Of a stretch of DNA of 64,000 nt, positions 55,214 to 64,000 are shown in pieces. The translations under genes and the position numbers were made by a program. The stretch is from positions 5 to 64,004 of the forward strand of contig CALCHC010000018.1 of NCBI GenBank assembly GCA_937901335.1, read 5' to 3'. This stretch comes from an uncultured Phascolarctobacterium sp. (GTDB taxonomy: Bacteria > Bacillota > Negativicutes > Acidaminococcales > Acidaminococcaceae). Below the pieces are notes generated by a model, which ran no database searches, was not told the DNA's origin, and worked only from the letters and a program-made list of their open reading frames with translations. How positions within the stretch are numbered: the first letter of the stretch is position 1; the number at the start of each line of letters is the position of its first letter.

Positions 55214-56040
55214 TAGCCTTTAACCCCCGAGCTCATAAATGTATTGATAATGAATTTTTGGCAGAAGCCATACAGAATCAGCGGCGGCAAACTAGTCAAA
55301 GTTGCTACTGCCATTGCAATACCCCATTCACTGCCACCTTCGGCACTGATAAACATTTGCAATGCCAAGGGCAAGGTGTAGGAATCTTTATCTTGCAAAA
55401 TCAGCAAGGGCCAGAAATATTCGTTCCAAGAGTTAATAAAGAACAAGATGGAGTTAGCCAACAATGCAGGTTTGATCAAAGGCAGAATAACTTTGGTCAA
55501 AACTTGACGAGGTTTAGCACCGTCCAAAATAGCAGCTTCGAGAAGCGCTTTAGGTACACAACGCATAGTTTGACGCATCAGGAATACGCCCATACCGTCT
55601 ACCAAACAAGGAAGTGCAACGCCCCAAGGAGTGTTCAAAAGGCCAAGTTTGGACATCATCAAGTAGTTGGGCATAACCAAAACGGTAATAGGAATAAAGA
55701 AGGTCAACAACATACCGTTGAAAAGGCTTTCTTTATATTTGAAATCATAATATACAAATGCAAATGCAGACAAAATACTGGTCAAGGTTTTGGAAACAGT
55801 AACAATTGCTGCAATCAGGAAAGTGTTCCAGATATAAGTAAATAAGGGGAAGTTTCCTAATACGGTGGTATAGTTATCAAAAGTGATAGGCCAGGGCAAC
55901 GGGTTCAAGGTAGATTCAAATACTTGGCTCAAGTCTTTGAAGGAAGTGGAAATCATGAACACGATGGGCCACAAGGTCAAGAAGATAGCTACCATCAGGA
56001 AACCATGCCAAATTAATTCGTTTCTTGTCTCAGTTTTCAT
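55213..56040 (-). CDS. Carbohydrate ABC transporter permease (MalG/UgpE-like)
   Basis: 275-aa six-TM ORF with an EAA loop (LLEAAILDGAKPRQVLTKVILPL). Confidence 0.85.
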   Translation of the reverse strand: MKTETRNELIWHGFLMVAIFLTLWPIVFMISTSFKDLSQVFESTLNPLPWPITFDNYTTVLGNFPLFTYIWNTFLIAAIVTVSKTLTSILSAFAFVYYDFKYKESLFNGMLLTFFIPITVLVMPNYLMMSKLGLLNTPWGVALPCLVDGMGVFLMRQTMRCVPKALLEAAILDGAKPRQVLTKVILPLIKPALLANSILFFINSWNEYFWPLLILQDKDSYTLPLALQMFISAEGGSEWGIAMAVATLTSLPPLILYGFCQKFIINTFMSSGVKG

Positions 56041-56908
56041 AATATACTTTCTTCTCCAGATATTTATTCTTCACATAAAGGAATGCCATATAAACGAACA
56101 TGGTGATTACAGCGTATGCAGCAGCTTTACCGGTTTGGAAGAAGGTAAATGCATATTGGTAAACGATGTAAACCAAGTTAGAAGAACCTTGGTCAGGACC
56201 ACCGTAGGTAAGCATGTTTACCGGTACCAAAATGTGTTGCAAGCTGAATACTACAGTAATGGTAAATACGTAAATAGCAGTGGAAGAGGTCATCGGCAAA
56301 ATGATTTTTTTGAAGATTACCCAGTTGGAAGCGTTTTCCAATTTAGCAGCTTCAATCATTTCTTTAGGAACAGCAACCATTGCTGCCAACATAACGATAA
56401 GGTTGTAGCCAAAGAACTTCCAACCAACGATGGAGCAAATTGCGAAAATTACCAAATAGTTTTCTTTAAACCATCTGGGAGAAGTAATATCAAACATACT
56501 GAGAATGATATTGATAGGACCAGCCAAGGGATTGTAAATCCACAAGAACAAGATACTTGCTACAGCCAAAGACAAGGTTGCAGGCAAGAACAATGCGCTA
56601 CGATAGAAGTTGCTCCATTTTTTGATAAGATGACCCAAAATATAAGAATAAAGGTAGGGCAGTACAAAGATCAAAATCAACATGAAGCCAACATAGAACA
56701 CAGTGTTAATCATAATCTTAATCAGCTCAGGGCTGGATAAGATATCAGCGAAGTTTTTGAAGCCCACATATTTCATGGTGGGGCTTACCATATTCCAAGA
56801 GAAGAAGCTCAAATAGATATTTTGAATCAGCGGCCAGTAGAAGAATACTAAGAAAAGTATTACGGACGGAATCAAATACCAAAAAGCTTCTTTGACATTT
56901 TTACTCAT
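56030..56908 (-). CDS. Carbohydrate ABC transporter permease (MalF/UgpA-like)
   Basis: 292-aa six-TM ORF with an EAA loop (MIEAAKLENASNWVIFKKIILPM). Confidence 0.85.
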   Translation of the reverse strand: MSKNVKEAFWYLIPSVILFLVFFYWPLIQNIYLSFFSWNMVSPTMKYVGFKNFADILSSPELIKIMINTVFYVGFMLILIFVLPYLYSYILGHLIKKWSNFYRSALFLPATLSLAVASILFLWIYNPLAGPINIILSMFDITSPRWFKENYLVIFAICSIVGWKFFGYNLIVMLAAMVAVPKEMIEAAKLENASNWVIFKKIILPMTSSTAIYVFTITVVFSLQHILVPVNMLTYGGPDQGSSNLVYIVYQYAFTFFQTGKAAAYAVITMFVYMAFLYVKNKYLEKKVYYEN

Positions 56909-56967
56909 AAATACTCCTTAAACCACACAAATACAAAGTTTTGCAAGGTATCTTAAAAACACATATA

Positions 56968-56993
56968 AGGGCTGCCTCTAAAGAGACAGCCCT
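56968..56993 (-). promoter_or_regulatory. Intercistronic stem-loop after the binding-protein gene
   Basis: 11-bp stem (one G-U on the minus RNA) with a 4-nt loop and no T-run. This is typical of stabiliser/partial-terminator hairpins that set the SBP:permease ratio. Confidence 0.5.
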
Positions 56994-57003
56994 CAGCATG
57001 CAA

Positions 57004-58299
57004 TTACAACAATTCGTTAACCTTTTTAGCAGTTTCTTTCAAAGCTTCAGCAGCCGGTTTTTCACCACTCAAGATAACGTCGCGAACGTCGATAAGCATT
57101 TGTTCAGCTTGCAAACCATTAGCGCCAGGGAAGGAAGCCCATTTAACAACTTTCGGCATCAAGGACAATGCAACTTGAATGTTTTGATTTTCTTCAGCCA
57201 TTTTTTTGAAGCCTTTCGGATCTTCAGCAATGCCTTTACGGGGCGGGAGGTAACCAGTACCGGTAGACCATTTAACGAGTGCTTCAGGAGATTGCAAGTA
57301 TTTAATGAATTCAACAGCAGCTTTTTCTTTAGCAGCATCTTTGGAGAATACCATCAAGAAGTTACCGCCAGCAGCAACACGAACCGGTTTGCCTTCGAAT
57401 TCAGGGAAGGATGCAACTTTAACGGGGAATTTAGCGGTTTTTTCGAAGTTAGCACGTTTACCGATGGTAGTGCAAACCATACCGAGTTTGCCGGAAAGGT
57501 AAGCTTGGAAGCCTTCTTCGTTGGTAGCATGCAAGCCGCTACCGTCTTTAACCATGTCAGCCATCAATTGGAATGCTTCTGCAGCTTCCGGGCTGTCAAA
57601 GCCAGCTTTAACTTTGCCGTCAACTTTTTTCAACATAACGCCACCATTGGATTCGATGATAGCTTGTTGTGCCCAGTTATCAGCGTATTCTTGCATGAAG
57701 AAGCCCATGTTGCCGGTTTTTTCTTTAATAGTTTTAGCAGCAACTTTTACGTCAGCCCAAGTTTTCGGAGCTTCGGTCAAGCCAGCAGCTTTGAAGATTT
57801 CGGGGTTGTAGTACAATACGGGAACGGAGAGGGAGTACGGCAAGCCAACTTGTTTGCCATCTTCAGTTTGAGCCAATTCCAATACGTTGGGCAAGAAGTT
57901 ATCTTGCAAGAATTTGGGGTCGCCAGCTTTAGCGAAAGCGTCATTCAAGTTTACGGATTGGAAGTTTTCAGCAGCATAGTTCAGGTAGGAGTAACCCATT
58001 TGAACTACGTCCGGGTTTTTACCGGAAGCGATAGCTGCTTGCAAGTTTTGGGTCAAACCTTTGTACATATCGGGGTTGTATTTTTCAACAACTTCGATGC
58101 CAGGGTTTTTAGCGTTAAAGTCTTTTACCAATTCTTTAACGGTAGCACCGCCGAAGCTTTCAGCAGCAACGTGCCAGTATTCGATTTGTACTTTTTTGCC
58201 AGCGTCAGCTTTCTTTTTGTCGCCGCCACCGCAACCAACAATTGCACCGGTAGCCAACAAAGAAATCATTGCAGCTGCCATAACTTTTTTCAAATTCAT
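57004..58299 (-). CDS. Carbohydrate/glycerophosphodiester-type ABC substrate-binding lipoprotein (family 1, UgpB-like)
   Basis: Lipobox IVGCGGG. 431 aa with the SBP_bac_1 pattern. Substrate not inferable from sequence alone. Confidence 0.8.
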   Translation of the reverse strand: MNLKKVMAAAMISLLATGAIVGCGGGDKKKADAGKKVQIEYWHVAAESFGGATVKELVKDFNAKNPGIEVVEKYNPDMYKGLTQNLQAAIASGKNPDVVQMGYSYLNYAAENFQSVNLNDAFAKAGDPKFLQDNFLPNVLELAQTEDGKQVGLPYSLSVPVLYYNPEIFKAAGLTEAPKTWADVKVAAKTIKEKTGNMGFFMQEYADNWAQQAIIESNGGVMLKKVDGKVKAGFDSPEAAEAFQLMADMVKDGSGLHATNEEGFQAYLSGKLGMVCTTIGKRANFEKTAKFPVKVASFPEFEGKPVRVAAGGNFLMVFSKDAAKEKAAVEFIKYLQSPEALVKWSTGTGYLPPRKGIAEDPKGFKKMAEENQNIQVALSLMPKVVKWASFPGANGLQAEQMLIDVRDVILSGEKPAAEALKETAKKVNELL

Positions 58300-58559
58300 G
58301 AGTTATTCCTCCTTGTTTTAAAACAAATAATAATTTCGTAAAAAATAAGCTACCCTTATTTTAATGGGACAACGGGAGCCCTGTCAAGAAAAAGCGTCAA
58401 TTCTGTAACAATTTTATGAAAAACATTGCAAAAACAAAAGGGACTTGTAAATCCACCCGCGGTCATTTTTTGTCCCATAAAGTTTTTCAACAACACTTTT
58501 CTAGAAATGATATAATATTTTTGATTTGGAAATAGCTCTTAAATTTGGAGGACTTGCTT

Positions 58560-59492
58560 ATGAAAAAAATCTTAATGCTTGGAACTGGCGGAACTATTGC
58601 CAGTGTTCCTTCTGAAGACGGACTTGTGCCTGCTCTCGACGGCAAGACCATGGTGGCACTGGTTCCTGAACTTGAAGGCCTGTGCCACATAGATTACAAG
58701 CAGCTCTTAAATCTTGACAGCAGTAATATTGCCCCTACACACTGGAAAATTATCGCTAATGCTCTTGCAAATAACTACGATGCTTATGATGGCTTTGTAA
58801 TCACCCATGGTACTGATACCATGGCATATTCTGCAGCAGCTTTAAGCCAAATGGTAAGTGGTTGCAAAAAGCCTGTTGTCTTTACCGGCGCACAACTTCC
58901 CATCGGGGCAGAAGGCACTGACGCCAAAAACAATGTTTACCACGCATACTTAACAGCAACCAGTGACGTTCAAGGTGTTAGTCTTGCTTTTGGTAAATTT
59001 GTCATCAACGGTTTGTGTGCTAAAAAAATGTGCAGTGAAAATTTCGACGGGTTCCACAGCATTAACCGCAAACCTATGGCAACTATCGATAACCATAACT
59101 TCAATTGGAACTCTTATGTTGGTGCTGGCACTGAAGGTGAAACTTTCTCCGTTAATACTAAGTTAGAAGAAAAAGTTGCGGTAGTAAAACTCACTCCCGG
59201 ACTCTCCCCTGATATTTTAGACTTCTATCTTGAACGCGGGTACAAAGGTGTAATTTTAGAAAGCTTCGGCGCGGGCGGAGTACCTAACGACGAAAACAAC
59301 TGGTTGCCTGCCGTTGAAAATCTTATAAAAAATGGCGTGCGCGTAGTTTGTGCAACCCAATGCACCTATGATGGTGTAAATCTTTCTGTTTATCCCATTG
59401 GCACCCTTGCTAAAAAACTCGGTGCTGAATCCGCAGGAACACTTACAATTGAAGCAAGCCTTTCCAAATTAATGATAGAATTAGCAAAATAA
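58560..59492 (+). CDS. ansA: Type I L-asparaginase
   Basis: Catalytic motifs LGTGGTIAS and HGTDTM. Start at ATG 58560 (GGAGG, 8-nt spacer). Extended -10 TGATATAAT at 58508-58516. Confidence 0.9.
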   Translation: MKKILMLGTGGTIASVPSEDGLVPALDGKTMVALVPELEGLCHIDYKQLLNLDSSNIAPTHWKIIANALANNYDAYDGFVITHGTDTMAYSAAALSQMVSGCKKPVVFTGAQLPIGAEGTDAKNNVYHAYLTATSDVQGVSLAFGKFVINGLCAKKMCSENFDGFHSINRKPMATIDNHNFNWNSYVGAGTEGETFSVNTKLEEKVAVVKLTPGLSPDILDFYLERGYKGVILESFGAGGVPNDENNWLPAVENLIKNGVRVVCATQCTYDGVNLSVYPIGTLAKKLGAESAGTLTIEASLSKLMIELAK

Positions 59493-59510
59493 AATACAAC
59501 ATAAACAAAA

Positions 59511-59546
59511 ATAAAGTGTCTGCACTAGCAGACACTTTATTTTTTA
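59511..59546. terminator. Bidirectional terminator between ansA and the GNAT gene
   Basis: 11-bp stem AAAGTGTCTGC (59513-59523) / GCAGACACTTT (59528-59538) with loop ACTA, flanked by A and T runs. Confidence 0.85.
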
Positions 59547-60131
59547 TAACTCTTTATTAACTTCTTCTAACACTTTTTTTACAGTACCCGCTTCCACCTC
59601 TGCAAACGGAACTAACGCCAACGGAGCATTCTCTTTTTCCCCTATAGCCTTTGCCATCCACACCACATCAAGCCATCTGTCGTGCTTAAAGCCTGCTTTA
59701 GGGAAAGTGCCAATAAATTCATAACCCATGGAGCGATGCATTTCGATACTGTGCACATTGTCACCTGTGATGCAAGAATAAAGATTCTTAATATTTTGCA
59801 GTGCTAACAATTTTTCCAATGCATCATACAAAACTACACCTAATCCTTTGCCCTGCACTTTAGGAGCGAGATAAATGGTTACTTCCACATCCCAGCTATA
59901 TGCAACACGCTCCAAGTAGCGATGCGCGTAGGCATAACCTACGATTTCACCGTCCTCTTCCAAAACGATGTAAGGATATTCCGCAGAAATGCCTGCTATT
60001 CTTTGTGCGAACTCTTCTACAGAAGGCACAACATATTCAAAAGAAATGCAGGTATCAGTAATGAACGGTGCATAAACTTTTAAGATTTGTTCCGCATCGC
60101 TTAACTGCACTTGTCTAATTTTATAATTCAT
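59544..60131 (-). CDS. GNAT-family N-acetyltransferase (phosphinothricin/MSO acetyltransferase-like)
   Basis: Acetyl-CoA binding motif VQGKGLGVVLY and a PAT-like N-terminus IRQVQLSDAEQILKVY. Start at ATG 60131 (GAGGGG, 6-nt spacer). Confidence 0.8.
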   Translation of the reverse strand: MNYKIRQVQLSDAEQILKVYAPFITDTCISFEYVVPSVEEFAQRIAGISAEYPYIVLEEDGEIVGYAYAHRYLERVAYSWDVEVTIYLAPKVQGKGLGVVLYDALEKLLALQNIKNLYSCITGDNVHSIEMHRSMGYEFIGTFPKAGFKHDRWLDVVWMAKAIGEKENAPLALVPFAEVEAGTVKKVLEEVNKEL

Positions 60132-60156
60132 CATAATCCCCTCATTCTTAAATTGC

Positions 60157-61716
60157 TTACTGCACTTTTTCAACATTTACTTCAAACATTCTACGCCAAG
60201 GCAGAGTGAATTTATAATCGTCCACTACTCCCCCAAGCATAGGCTTTGCAACAGAACGCATAGAATTCGTAATACTTTCTTCAACAACGGTGAGCTGCTC
60301 GTCAGCAAAACCGCTATTCTTCCAACGCTTAGGCCATATCAAATTACGATACACATCCATACGCACGTTGGATTGATAAGCCCAATCGTCCAAATAGCGT
60401 ACAGCTAAAAGTTCTCGCCTGCTTTCTTCAGTAAAGTGCTTACTCAACAAACCTTGAGCAAGTGCGTAACCAATGGTGTTACCAGCAGTGTTCCAACCGC
60501 CGTAAGCAGCAAGTTTATACTCTAAACCATTGGCAAACATATTACTTACCAAAGAGTTATCCGCACCATTACCATACTTCACGTCCGCAACAGCAACAGC
60601 TTTACCATTATTGATTACAGCTTCAACAAGTTTGGTAAATTTTTCTACTTCAGGCTCAACAAGGTAATTATTTTCTAAAGAGCTTGCTTCTAAAGTCACA
60701 CCATCTTTTGGCGTATTAATGGCAAGCACTAAATCTGCACGCTTATGTCTCCAAATGGGTACACCACCTGCTGCGTAAATATGCTGTCTTGCACTTTGGG
60801 CTACCGTATTATCCTCATAAGCAGGGACTGTCGCACCGCCTTTACCAGGAGCATACACCACTTGTACCAAAGGAATTTCATATTGTAATTTAGTAGATGC
60901 GCGATTTAAAAGAAGCAAACCTAATTGGTCAGCACCTGCAAAAAAGCGAATACGGTCTTTTGGCAGTTCATTTACTAGAATCTCTAAATCTCTCGCTTCT
61001 CGATGAGCCTGGCTAAATTCCGCAGTATCGTCCCTACCAACAAGTAGATAATCAAAATCGCCACTTTCCACACCGTGCAGAAGCAATTCCGTAGCTTTAA
61101 TATTGTTTTCTCTACGAGTGTACATATCCGCTAAAATTTCCTGGGGAATATTTTGGCGCAACTTTTTCAGCTCACGCATTTCCCGACTACCAATTTCTCT
61201 AGCTTCTCGTTTATCTTCCAACTCACCTAAGCGAAAGATTTTGCTTCCCCACTCTTTATAATAAGCAGGTTCTACAGGAGCAGAACTCATCTTAGGAGAA
61301 CGCATAATAGTCGTAAATACATAGACTAGTTGATTTCGGAAATCTTTCTTCAATTCCACAAGTCTATCCGCACGAGCACGCAATACATCTAACGGAATAA
61401 AATGCGTACGCGAATCTACAAGTCCACCGTAAATGAGTGCGTCAGAAGAAACCACCATAGCTAAAGATTCATCAGCATTATCCATCAACCAAGCATAGAG
61501 GGCATCTGGGTTACCTCCTTTTTCTGCACCGGCAATGTATCCCAAAGGAGGAGTCTTTACTTCCCAACCTGCTGCTTCCATAGTTTTCACAGCGTAGGAC
61601 AAACAAACAGGTCTATCATCCAAAGGCACATACAAAAGAGTTCCTTTAGGTGCTGCCAAAACTACTTGGCTACAAATTAACATTATTACAAATAAAATTG
61701 CTCGTAAAGTTTTCAT
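60157..61716 (-). CDS. Secreted DUF4127-like protein of unknown function
   Basis: Start placed at ATG 61716, giving the signal peptide MKTLRAILFVIMLICSQVVLAAP. The 61-codon ORF-track extension runs through a terminator and overlaps the upstream gene. Family call is from memory, not a search. Confidence 0.5.
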   Translation of the reverse strand: MKTLRAILFVIMLICSQVVLAAPKGTLLYVPLDDRPVCLSYAVKTMEAAGWEVKTPPLGYIAGAEKGGNPDALYAWLMDNADESLAMVVSSDALIYGGLVDSRTHFIPLDVLRARADRLVELKKDFRNQLVYVFTTIMRSPKMSSAPVEPAYYKEWGSKIFRLGELEDKREAREIGSREMRELKKLRQNIPQEILADMYTRRENNIKATELLLHGVESGDFDYLLVGRDDTAEFSQAHREARDLEILVNELPKDRIRFFAGADQLGLLLLNRASTKLQYEIPLVQVVYAPGKGGATVPAYEDNTVAQSARQHIYAAGGVPIWRHKRADLVLAINTPKDGVTLEASSLENNYLVEPEVEKFTKLVEAVINNGKAVAVADVKYGNGADNSLVSNMFANGLEYKLAAYGGWNTAGNTIGYALAQGLLSKHFTEESRRELLAVRYLDDWAYQSNVRMDVYRNLIWPKRWKNSGFADEQLTVVEESITNSMRSVAKPMLGGVVDDYKFTLPWRRMFEVNVEKVQ

Positions 61717-61757
61717 AACATCAACTCTTTTCCAATTGAGCAAATTCTTTTTAAACA

Positions 61758-61800
61758 AGAAAAGCTCTAACTGTAGAATTCTACAATTAGAGCTTTTTAT
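61758..61800 (-). terminator. Terminator after the second amino-acid ABC operon
   Basis: 16-bp stem 61761-61776 / 61781-61796 (one G-U on the minus RNA) with loop AATT. Confidence 0.75.
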
Positions 61801-61810
61801 CCTGCAAATT

Positions 61811-62560
61811 TTAGCTATGTTGGAAACGACCCAAGAATTCCTTGGTTCTGGGGTTCTTCGGATTTTTAAACAATACTTCCGGAGCATCGTCTTCAGCAAT
61901 AACGCCTTGGTCGATAAAGATTACACGGTTAGAAACGTCACGAGCAAAAGCCATTTCGTGAGTTACGATAACCATAGTAAAACCGGATTCAGCCAAGTCG
62001 CGAATAACACGCAATACTTCGCCTACCATTTCCGGGTCAAGTGCAGAAGTAGGTTCATCCATTAAAAGAACTTCCGGTTCCAATGCCAAAGCACGAGCAA
62101 TGGCAACACGTTGTTTTTGACCACCAGAAAGTTGGTGGGGTTTAGCATTAACATAACTGTCCATGCCAACGTGTTTCAAATATTTAAGAGCAGTTTCTTT
62201 TGCTTCTTCCTTAGATTTACCTAAAACTTTAATTTGGCCAACAGTGCAGTTTTCCAAAACAGTCATATTGTTGAACAAGTTAAAGGATTGGAACACCATA
62301 CCAACTTTGGTACGGAATTGAGTGAGCTTTTTGAAATGCTTCATTACAGATTCGCCACGATAGCAGATATCGCCACCAGTGGGATGTTCCAAATAGTTTA
62401 CGCAACGAATGAGGGTAGATTTACCGCTACCGGAAGGGCCAATAACGCAAACTACATCGCCACGATAAATATCAAAGCTAATACCTTTTAAAATTTCACG
62501 TTCGCCGAATGCCTTTTTCAGATCATGGACGGACACTAAAAGTTCTCTATCTTCAGCCAT
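61811..62560 (-). CDS. Polar amino-acid ABC transporter ATP-binding protein
   Basis: Walker [10 protein letters not shown], signature LSGGQKQRV and Walker [12 protein letters not shown]. Confidence 0.9.
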   Translation of the reverse strand: MAEDRELLVSVHDLKKAFGEREILKGISFDIYRGDVVCVIGPSGSGKSTLIRCVNYLEHPTGGDICYRGESVMKHFKKLTQFRTKVGMVFQSFNLFNNMTVLENCTVGQIKVLGKSKEEAKETALKYLKHVGMDSYVNAKPHQLSGGQKQRVAIARALALEPEVLLMDEPTSALDPEMVGEVLRVIRDLAESGFTMVIVTHEMAFARDVSNRVIFIDQGVIAEDDAPEVLFKNPKNPRTKEFLGRFQHS

Positions 62561-63357
62561 TAGTCAAAACGTCCTTTCTGTTTCTTAGTGGGCAGGGGCA
62601 CGTGACCACAGGGGTCAGCCATAGGATCATAGTTAACCAATTGATAGTCTTTGGGACCATCCATTTTGCTTTCAACCCAACGGAGCAATCTGGACGCAGT
62701 AAAGGTCATAATGAAGTAGATTACGCAAGTCAGGAAGAAGATTTCGAAGTATTTGTAGTAAACACCCGCAGCAGATTTGGACGCAAAGTACAATTCAGTC
62801 ACGGAAATTACGTTCAATACGGAAGTATCTTTAATATTGATGATAAGGTTGTTACCTAATTGAGGCATTACGTTACGCAATGCTTGGGGCAGAATTACGT
62901 TGTACATAATTTGGAAGTGGTCCATACCGATAGCGATAGCTGCTTCCTTTTGACCAGGGTCAACAGATTCAATACCACCACGAACAGTTTCTGCCATATA
63001 TGCACCAGTGTTGATGGATACAACGAAGAAACCTGCAAACATAGGAGACATATCAATATTAAATACGCTCATTGCACCATAGTAAACAACCATGGCTTGT
63101 ACAATCATCGGAGTACCACGGAAAATTTCAACATAAGCGTCAAGCAAACGTTGCAATGCTTTGATAGCAGCTTTTTTAGCAGCACTATCGTTATCTTCCA
63201 TGGGGATAGTTTGAATAATACCTACTACTAAACCAATAAGGCAACCAAGAATGGTACCTACAACTGCAAGCAGTAAGGTTACGCCGGCACCTGTCAGTAA
63301 AACAGAACCATATTCTTCCATTAAGAAGAATACCCAGCCAAAGAATGTTGTTGGCAT
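62560..63357 (-). CDS. Polar amino-acid ABC transporter permease
   Basis: 265-aa polytopic ORF with an EAA-type loop ([24 protein letters not shown]). One-base overlap with the ATPase gene. Confidence 0.85.
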   Translation of the reverse strand: MPTTFFGWVFFLMEEYGSVLLTGAGVTLLLAVVGTILGCLIGLVVGIIQTIPMEDNDSAAKKAAIKALQRLLDAYVEIFRGTPMIVQAMVVYYGAMSVFNIDMSPMFAGFFVVSINTGAYMAETVRGGIESVDPGQKEAAIAIGMDHFQIMYNVILPQALRNVMPQLGNNLIINIKDTSVLNVISVTELYFASKSAAGVYYKYFEIFFLTCVIYFIMTFTASRLLRWVESKMDGPKDYQLVNYDPMADPCGHVPLPTKKQKGRFD

Positions 63358-63395
63358 CTTAAATGCTCCTTACTTTTAGTTACTTAATTATAATA

Positions 63396-63423
63396 GGAAA
63401 AAAGGGCGGCTGATTGCCGCCCT
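63396..63423 (-). terminator. Stem-loop/terminator between the binding-protein and permease genes
   Basis: GC-rich 8-bp stem AGGGCGGC / GCCGCCCT with a 5-nt loop, followed on the minus strand by TTTTTTCC. Confidence 0.7.
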
Positions 63424-63436
63424 AATTGACGTTAAA

Positions 63437-64000
63437 TTATTGAGCCAAAGGTTGTTTTTTGATAGCTTCTGCCATGATTTTGTCATGGTCAGCTTTAGTC
63501 ATGCCGCCGAGAACTTTGTTCATAGCGTCAACCAATTCTTTGTTACCTTTTTTAACTGCGATACCGATTTCAACATCTTCCGGAGAAGTTTGGAAACCTT
63601 TACCTTCAGCGAAGGTGAGCATGGTCAATTCGGGGTTAGCGAATTCAGCTGCTCTTGCAGTCGGGATATCGGTTACGATGAGGTTAGCTTTGCCAGATTT
63701 CAAAGCAACGATCATACCAGGAACGTTGTCGATAGCAGGCAATTTTTTAACTTCGGGAACTTGGTCGATTTGGTCGTACCAAATAGTGTTGATTTGAGAA
63801 GTAGCAGTAGCACCTTTCAATTCAGCAACAGATTTAGCTTCTGCTTGCGGAGTGCCTTTTTTAACGAGAGCAACTACGTCAGCATAGTAGTACGGCAAAG
63901 TGAAATCAACGGTTTCTTTACGTTTAGCAGTGATGGACATACCAGCGATAGCAGCATCGATTTTACCGGATACTACTGCAGGAGGAAGACCATCCCATTC
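63437..64000 (-). CDS. Amino-acid ABC substrate-binding protein (family 3), C-terminal part; N-terminus beyond the right edge
   Basis: The reading frame stays open to position 64000 (...GKIDAAIAGMSITAKRKETVDF...), containing the SBP_bac_3 AGMSIT motif. The ORF-track Met at 63940 is internal. Confidence 0.8.
   Translation of the reverse strand, partial: EWDGLPPAVVSGKIDAAIAGMSITAKRKETVDFTLPYYYADVVALVKKGTPQAEAKSVAELKGATATSQINTIWYDQIDQVPEVKKLPAIDNVPGMIVALKSGKANLIVTDIPTARAAEFANPELTMLTFAEGKGFQTSPEDVEIGIAVKKGNKELVDAMNKVLGGMTKADHDKIMAEAIKKQPLAQ

Noticed and set aside
61717-61899. 61-codon N-terminal extension of the DUF4127-like ORF, overlapping the ABC ATPase gene by 89 nt.
   Set aside because: The extension runs through a 16-bp terminator hairpin and has no RBS. 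An internal ATG at 61716 yields a canonical signal peptide.
1-64000. Window-wide scan for CRISPR repeats, IS/transposase or integrase genes, prophage modules, toxin-antitoxin pairs, restriction-modification or other defence systems, and rRNA.
   Set aside because: No regularly spaced direct repeats were found, and no ORF has transposase, recombinase, nuclease-helicase or methyltransferase signatures. The tRNA cluster shows no flanking integrase or direct repeat of a tRNA 3' end. The window appears to be core chromosome.

Overview
Densely coding 64-kb chromosomal segment with about 67 protein genes, 3 tRNAs and no rRNA; most genes are on the minus strand. Gene content and regulatory signals point to a low-GC anaerobic member of the Firmicutes/Bacillota: ctsR, a T-box leader, rplU-prp-rpmA with an L27 propeptide, hpf-secA-prfB and ftsE-ftsX-M23-ctp synteny, anaerobic nrdDG, and desulfoferrodoxin. 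I cannot place it more precisely from sequence alone. Order, left to right: ctsR (partial); nrdG-nrdD with NrdR boxes; EamA transporter; rhodanese; an SGNH-hydrolase/MGMT fusion; Fe-alcohol dehydrogenase. Then a long minus-strand housekeeping block: rpmA-prp-rplU, rng, a radical-SAM pair, rodA-mrdA, mreDCB, radC, maf, an RseC-like gene and two small membrane ORFs. Then proAB; obg; T-box-controlled leuCDB followed by azlCD; cca; a secreted C39-like peptidase; an ArsC/Spx-family protein; ctp-M23-ftsX-ftsE; csaB-DUF5693; prfB-secA-hpf. Then a polar amino-acid ABC system with two tandem binding proteins; an unassigned noncoding island; an HD-GYP protein; tRNA-Asn/Glu/Val; a YhcH-family protein; an ABC-F ATPase; desulfoferrodoxin; family-4 UDG; a secreted class-3 lipase. 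Finally a carbohydrate-type ABC operon with a TIM-barrel enzyme; asparaginase; DUF4127 + GNAT; and a second amino-acid ABC system whose binding protein is cut by the right edge. I found no transposase, integrase, phage module, CRISPR array, toxin-antitoxin pair or recognisable defence system. This reads as core chromosome rather than an accessory island, and I do not claim a new multi-gene system. The items standard annotation does not explain, ranked highest: (i) a ~290-bp GC-enriched, strand-asymmetric noncoding island at 46930-47220 (candidate structured RNA, class unknown); (ii) a single-ORF SGNH esterase/O6-alkylguanine alkyltransferase fusion; (iii) a 166-nt nested rod-like palindrome between obg and proB; (iv) conserved but functionally unassigned gene pairs (TIGR03960/TIGR03936 radical SAM pair, csaB-DUF5693, DUF4127-GNAT) and a lipase with an unrecognised C-terminal domain. 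All family assignments come from reading motifs in the translated ORFs; no database search was run.
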